From positions 1-59,689 of the forward strand of contig JAPPJI010000004.1 in the NCBI GenBank assembly GCA_028820405.1: 59,689 nucleotides of DNA, given 5' to 3'. The notes under the pieces are model-generated. The model did no database searches, was not told where the DNA came from, and saw only the letters and a list, made by a program, of their open reading frames with translations. The stretch comes from Candidatus Kaiserbacteria bacterium (lineage in GTDB: Bacteria > Patescibacteriota > Minisyncoccia > Phycocordibacterales > JABAAK01). Every line of letters begins with the position of its first letter. The first letter of the stretch is position 1. This document shows positions 55,540-59,689 of the stretch, piece by piece. A program made the translations under genes and the position numbers.

Positions 55540-56787
55540 TTATTTTTCTTCCAGTCCGGGAGTGAAGCCCTGATGTTCAAGTATGCCGATAATACTTCGT
55601 ATAAGATATTTATTGCTAGCAAGTGAAACGTTATATATCCGCCCATCTTTTTCAACAGGAATAAGTATATTTTTTTCTTTCAGGCGTTTTATCATTCTTG
55701 AAATTTTAACAGAGTCGTCTGTGCTGAATAGACCTTTAAGATCAGATGCTTTCAAGAATTCAATCTTTTTCTTAAAAACAAAAGACAAAACGGCGTGTTC
55801 GTCAACATCAATATAACGACGATCCTTCGCATCTTTGATTGCGGGAGTGAGTATGTGTTTTTCCAGGTATTCATAATCCAACAGCTTATCTATCTTTTCT
55901 ATCTCTGAAAGAAGTCCTGTCAAGACGTACTCACACCATGCTAGAACATCCCCCTTCTTTCCAGAATCAGCTTGTCCCAACATCTGATAATATTTTTTCC
56001 TGTCTACACAAAATATTGCGGTTGGATTTAGAATCCTCCCGGTGCGTTCAATATCCTTCTTGTCCTCCACCCCTTTATCTCTGACCTGGAATCCGTATCG
56101 TAACAGGAGTGCGTAAGTAAAGAGGCGAACAACGCGACCGTTTCCGTTCTCAAAAGGATGTATGAAGGCAAACCGGTGATGTGCTATGGCGACCCGCAAT
56201 AACTGATCTCGGGTTTCAACGGTACCATTTACGAAATCAAGCAACTCTTCAATATAATCATTTACTTGAGTAAAGTCAGGCGGATGAAGGTCTGAATGCT
56301 TTATCCATACTTTTTTCATCCTGAAGTTGCCGGGATTACTCACCCCCTCACCTCCGTCTTCAGGAACACGCAGACCGTCGGTAATAATTGTATGCATTTC
56401 AAACAAGAGTTTTTTCGTAATACGCGTGTTGACCTCTACGACATCTTCCACATGCCGCATTGCTTTCTCTATGTTAAGAATTTCCTTCAACTGTTCATCT
56501 TTCCTGTCCAAAGAATCTTTACTCATGTCTTCCGTAATCCGCTCAATTAATTCTGACAAAGTCGTTTGATTGCCCTCTATGCGACCAGAACCGAGACTTT
56601 CTAGTTTATGGAAGATACTCTTCAGTTCAAAAAAAAGATGTGGCGGCGTGCTTCCGTCTATGACTTGGATCTTCAGCTTTTCTAGTTTTATTATGGCTTC
56701 AATGAGATGGGGGTTGGATTCCCAGTCTGGTTGTATTGAATTGAGCGGATAGATTTTTTGCTCATTATTTTCACAGGCTTGATTCAT
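55540..56787 (-). CDS. Fic-domain protein with N-terminal inhibitory motif and C-terminal wHTH
   Basis: SGRIEGN inhibitory motif, HPFENGNGRVVR Fic motif; AT-rich. Confidence 0.92.
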   Translation of the reverse strand: MNQACENNEQKIYPLNSIQPDWESNPHLIEAIIKLEKLKIQVIDGSTPPHLFFELKSIFHKLESLGSGRIEGNQTTLSELIERITEDMSKDSLDRKDEQLKEILNIEKAMRHVEDVVEVNTRITKKLLFEMHTIITDGLRVPEDGGEGVSNPGNFRMKKVWIKHSDLHPPDFTQVNDYIEELLDFVNGTVETRDQLLRVAIAHHRFAFIHPFENGNGRVVRLFTYALLLRYGFQVRDKGVEDKKDIERTGRILNPTAIFCVDRKKYYQMLGQADSGKKGDVLAWCEYVLTGLLSEIEKIDKLLDYEYLEKHILTPAIKDAKDRRYIDVDEHAVLSFVFKKKIEFLKASDLKGLFSTDDSVKISRMIKRLKEKNILIPVEKDGRIYNVSLASNKYLIRSIIGILEHQGFTPGLEEK

Positions 56788-57041
56788 TATTTAACATAAT
56801 ATACTAAAATATGTTGAAAAATAAGAGTTTTACACAAATAAGAAAAGAACGTTATTTATCATCCTCCAAAATATTATTTATCACTTTTATATACAGCAAT
56901 GAATATAAATAAATATGTCAAGATCCTTTAGTGGGTGGTAATTATCAGAGTCCGAAGCCTTTTATTTTCAGGAATTTTGATCTCGAGTGCTTGTTGAGTG
57001 GTTTCTTGTTCTATGTTTTTAGAAGACGTGCACATCCCCGT

Positions 57042-57070
57042 TTGCGTATCCACCCTCGGTCAGGTACACT
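57042..57070 (+). promoter_or_regulatory. Sigma-70 promoter for stand-alone 23S rRNA
   Basis: TTGCGT-17 nt-TACACT; boxA-like TGATCTTTTTTACAA at ~57112. Confidence 0.6.
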
Positions 57071-57207
57071 AATGAATGTGTGAATATGGGGCTGTGCCCC
57101 TTACTCACTGTTGATCTTTTTTACAATTAATTCAATAGTTTATATTGCAAAGAGCATGGGCAATTCTGTTTACCAAAATGGTGAAAAGAAAAGCGGTTAG
57201 TGATTTC

Positions 57208-59689
<2,482 letters not shown>

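Overview
A ~60 kb chromosomal segment from a small-genome bacterium, most likely Patescibacteria/CPR (Parcubacteria-like). This is inferred from a short AlaS, a sigma70-r4/HARE-HTH protein, scattered type IV pilus genes, acidic extensions on L7/L12 and L19, and a 23S rRNA gene with no upstream 16S. Standard code 11. The housekeeping backbone has rplS, rplJ-rplL with an L10 leader, alaS, mnmA, mltG, rluA/truB-like genes, nth, class Ia nrdBA, thyX-like, msrB, dsbB, pilT/C, pilM-N-O-B, comF, four tRNAs and a partial 23S rRNA. Accessory genes are interleaved: an EcoRI-like RM pair, an MTase-HNH fusion, an orphan MTase, Fic/Doc/HicB-like genes, a nonsense-interrupted AlbA_2/HATPase gene and several secreted orphans. 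Most notable: (1) two paralogous secreted proteins ending in a 'T(A/G)VES-SWGxxK' motif known from other phyla; (2) two promoter-hairpin-terminator sRNA candidates, each preceded by a DnaA-box-like 9-mer; (3) a stand-alone Csx3/Crn3-like gene with no CRISPR locus; (4) a ~2,170-aa Cys-rich surface protein split by one extra G in a G9 tract; (5) apparently leaderless core genes versus strong-SD, self-terminated accessory genes. All calls are from reading the sequence and motifs; no searches were run.
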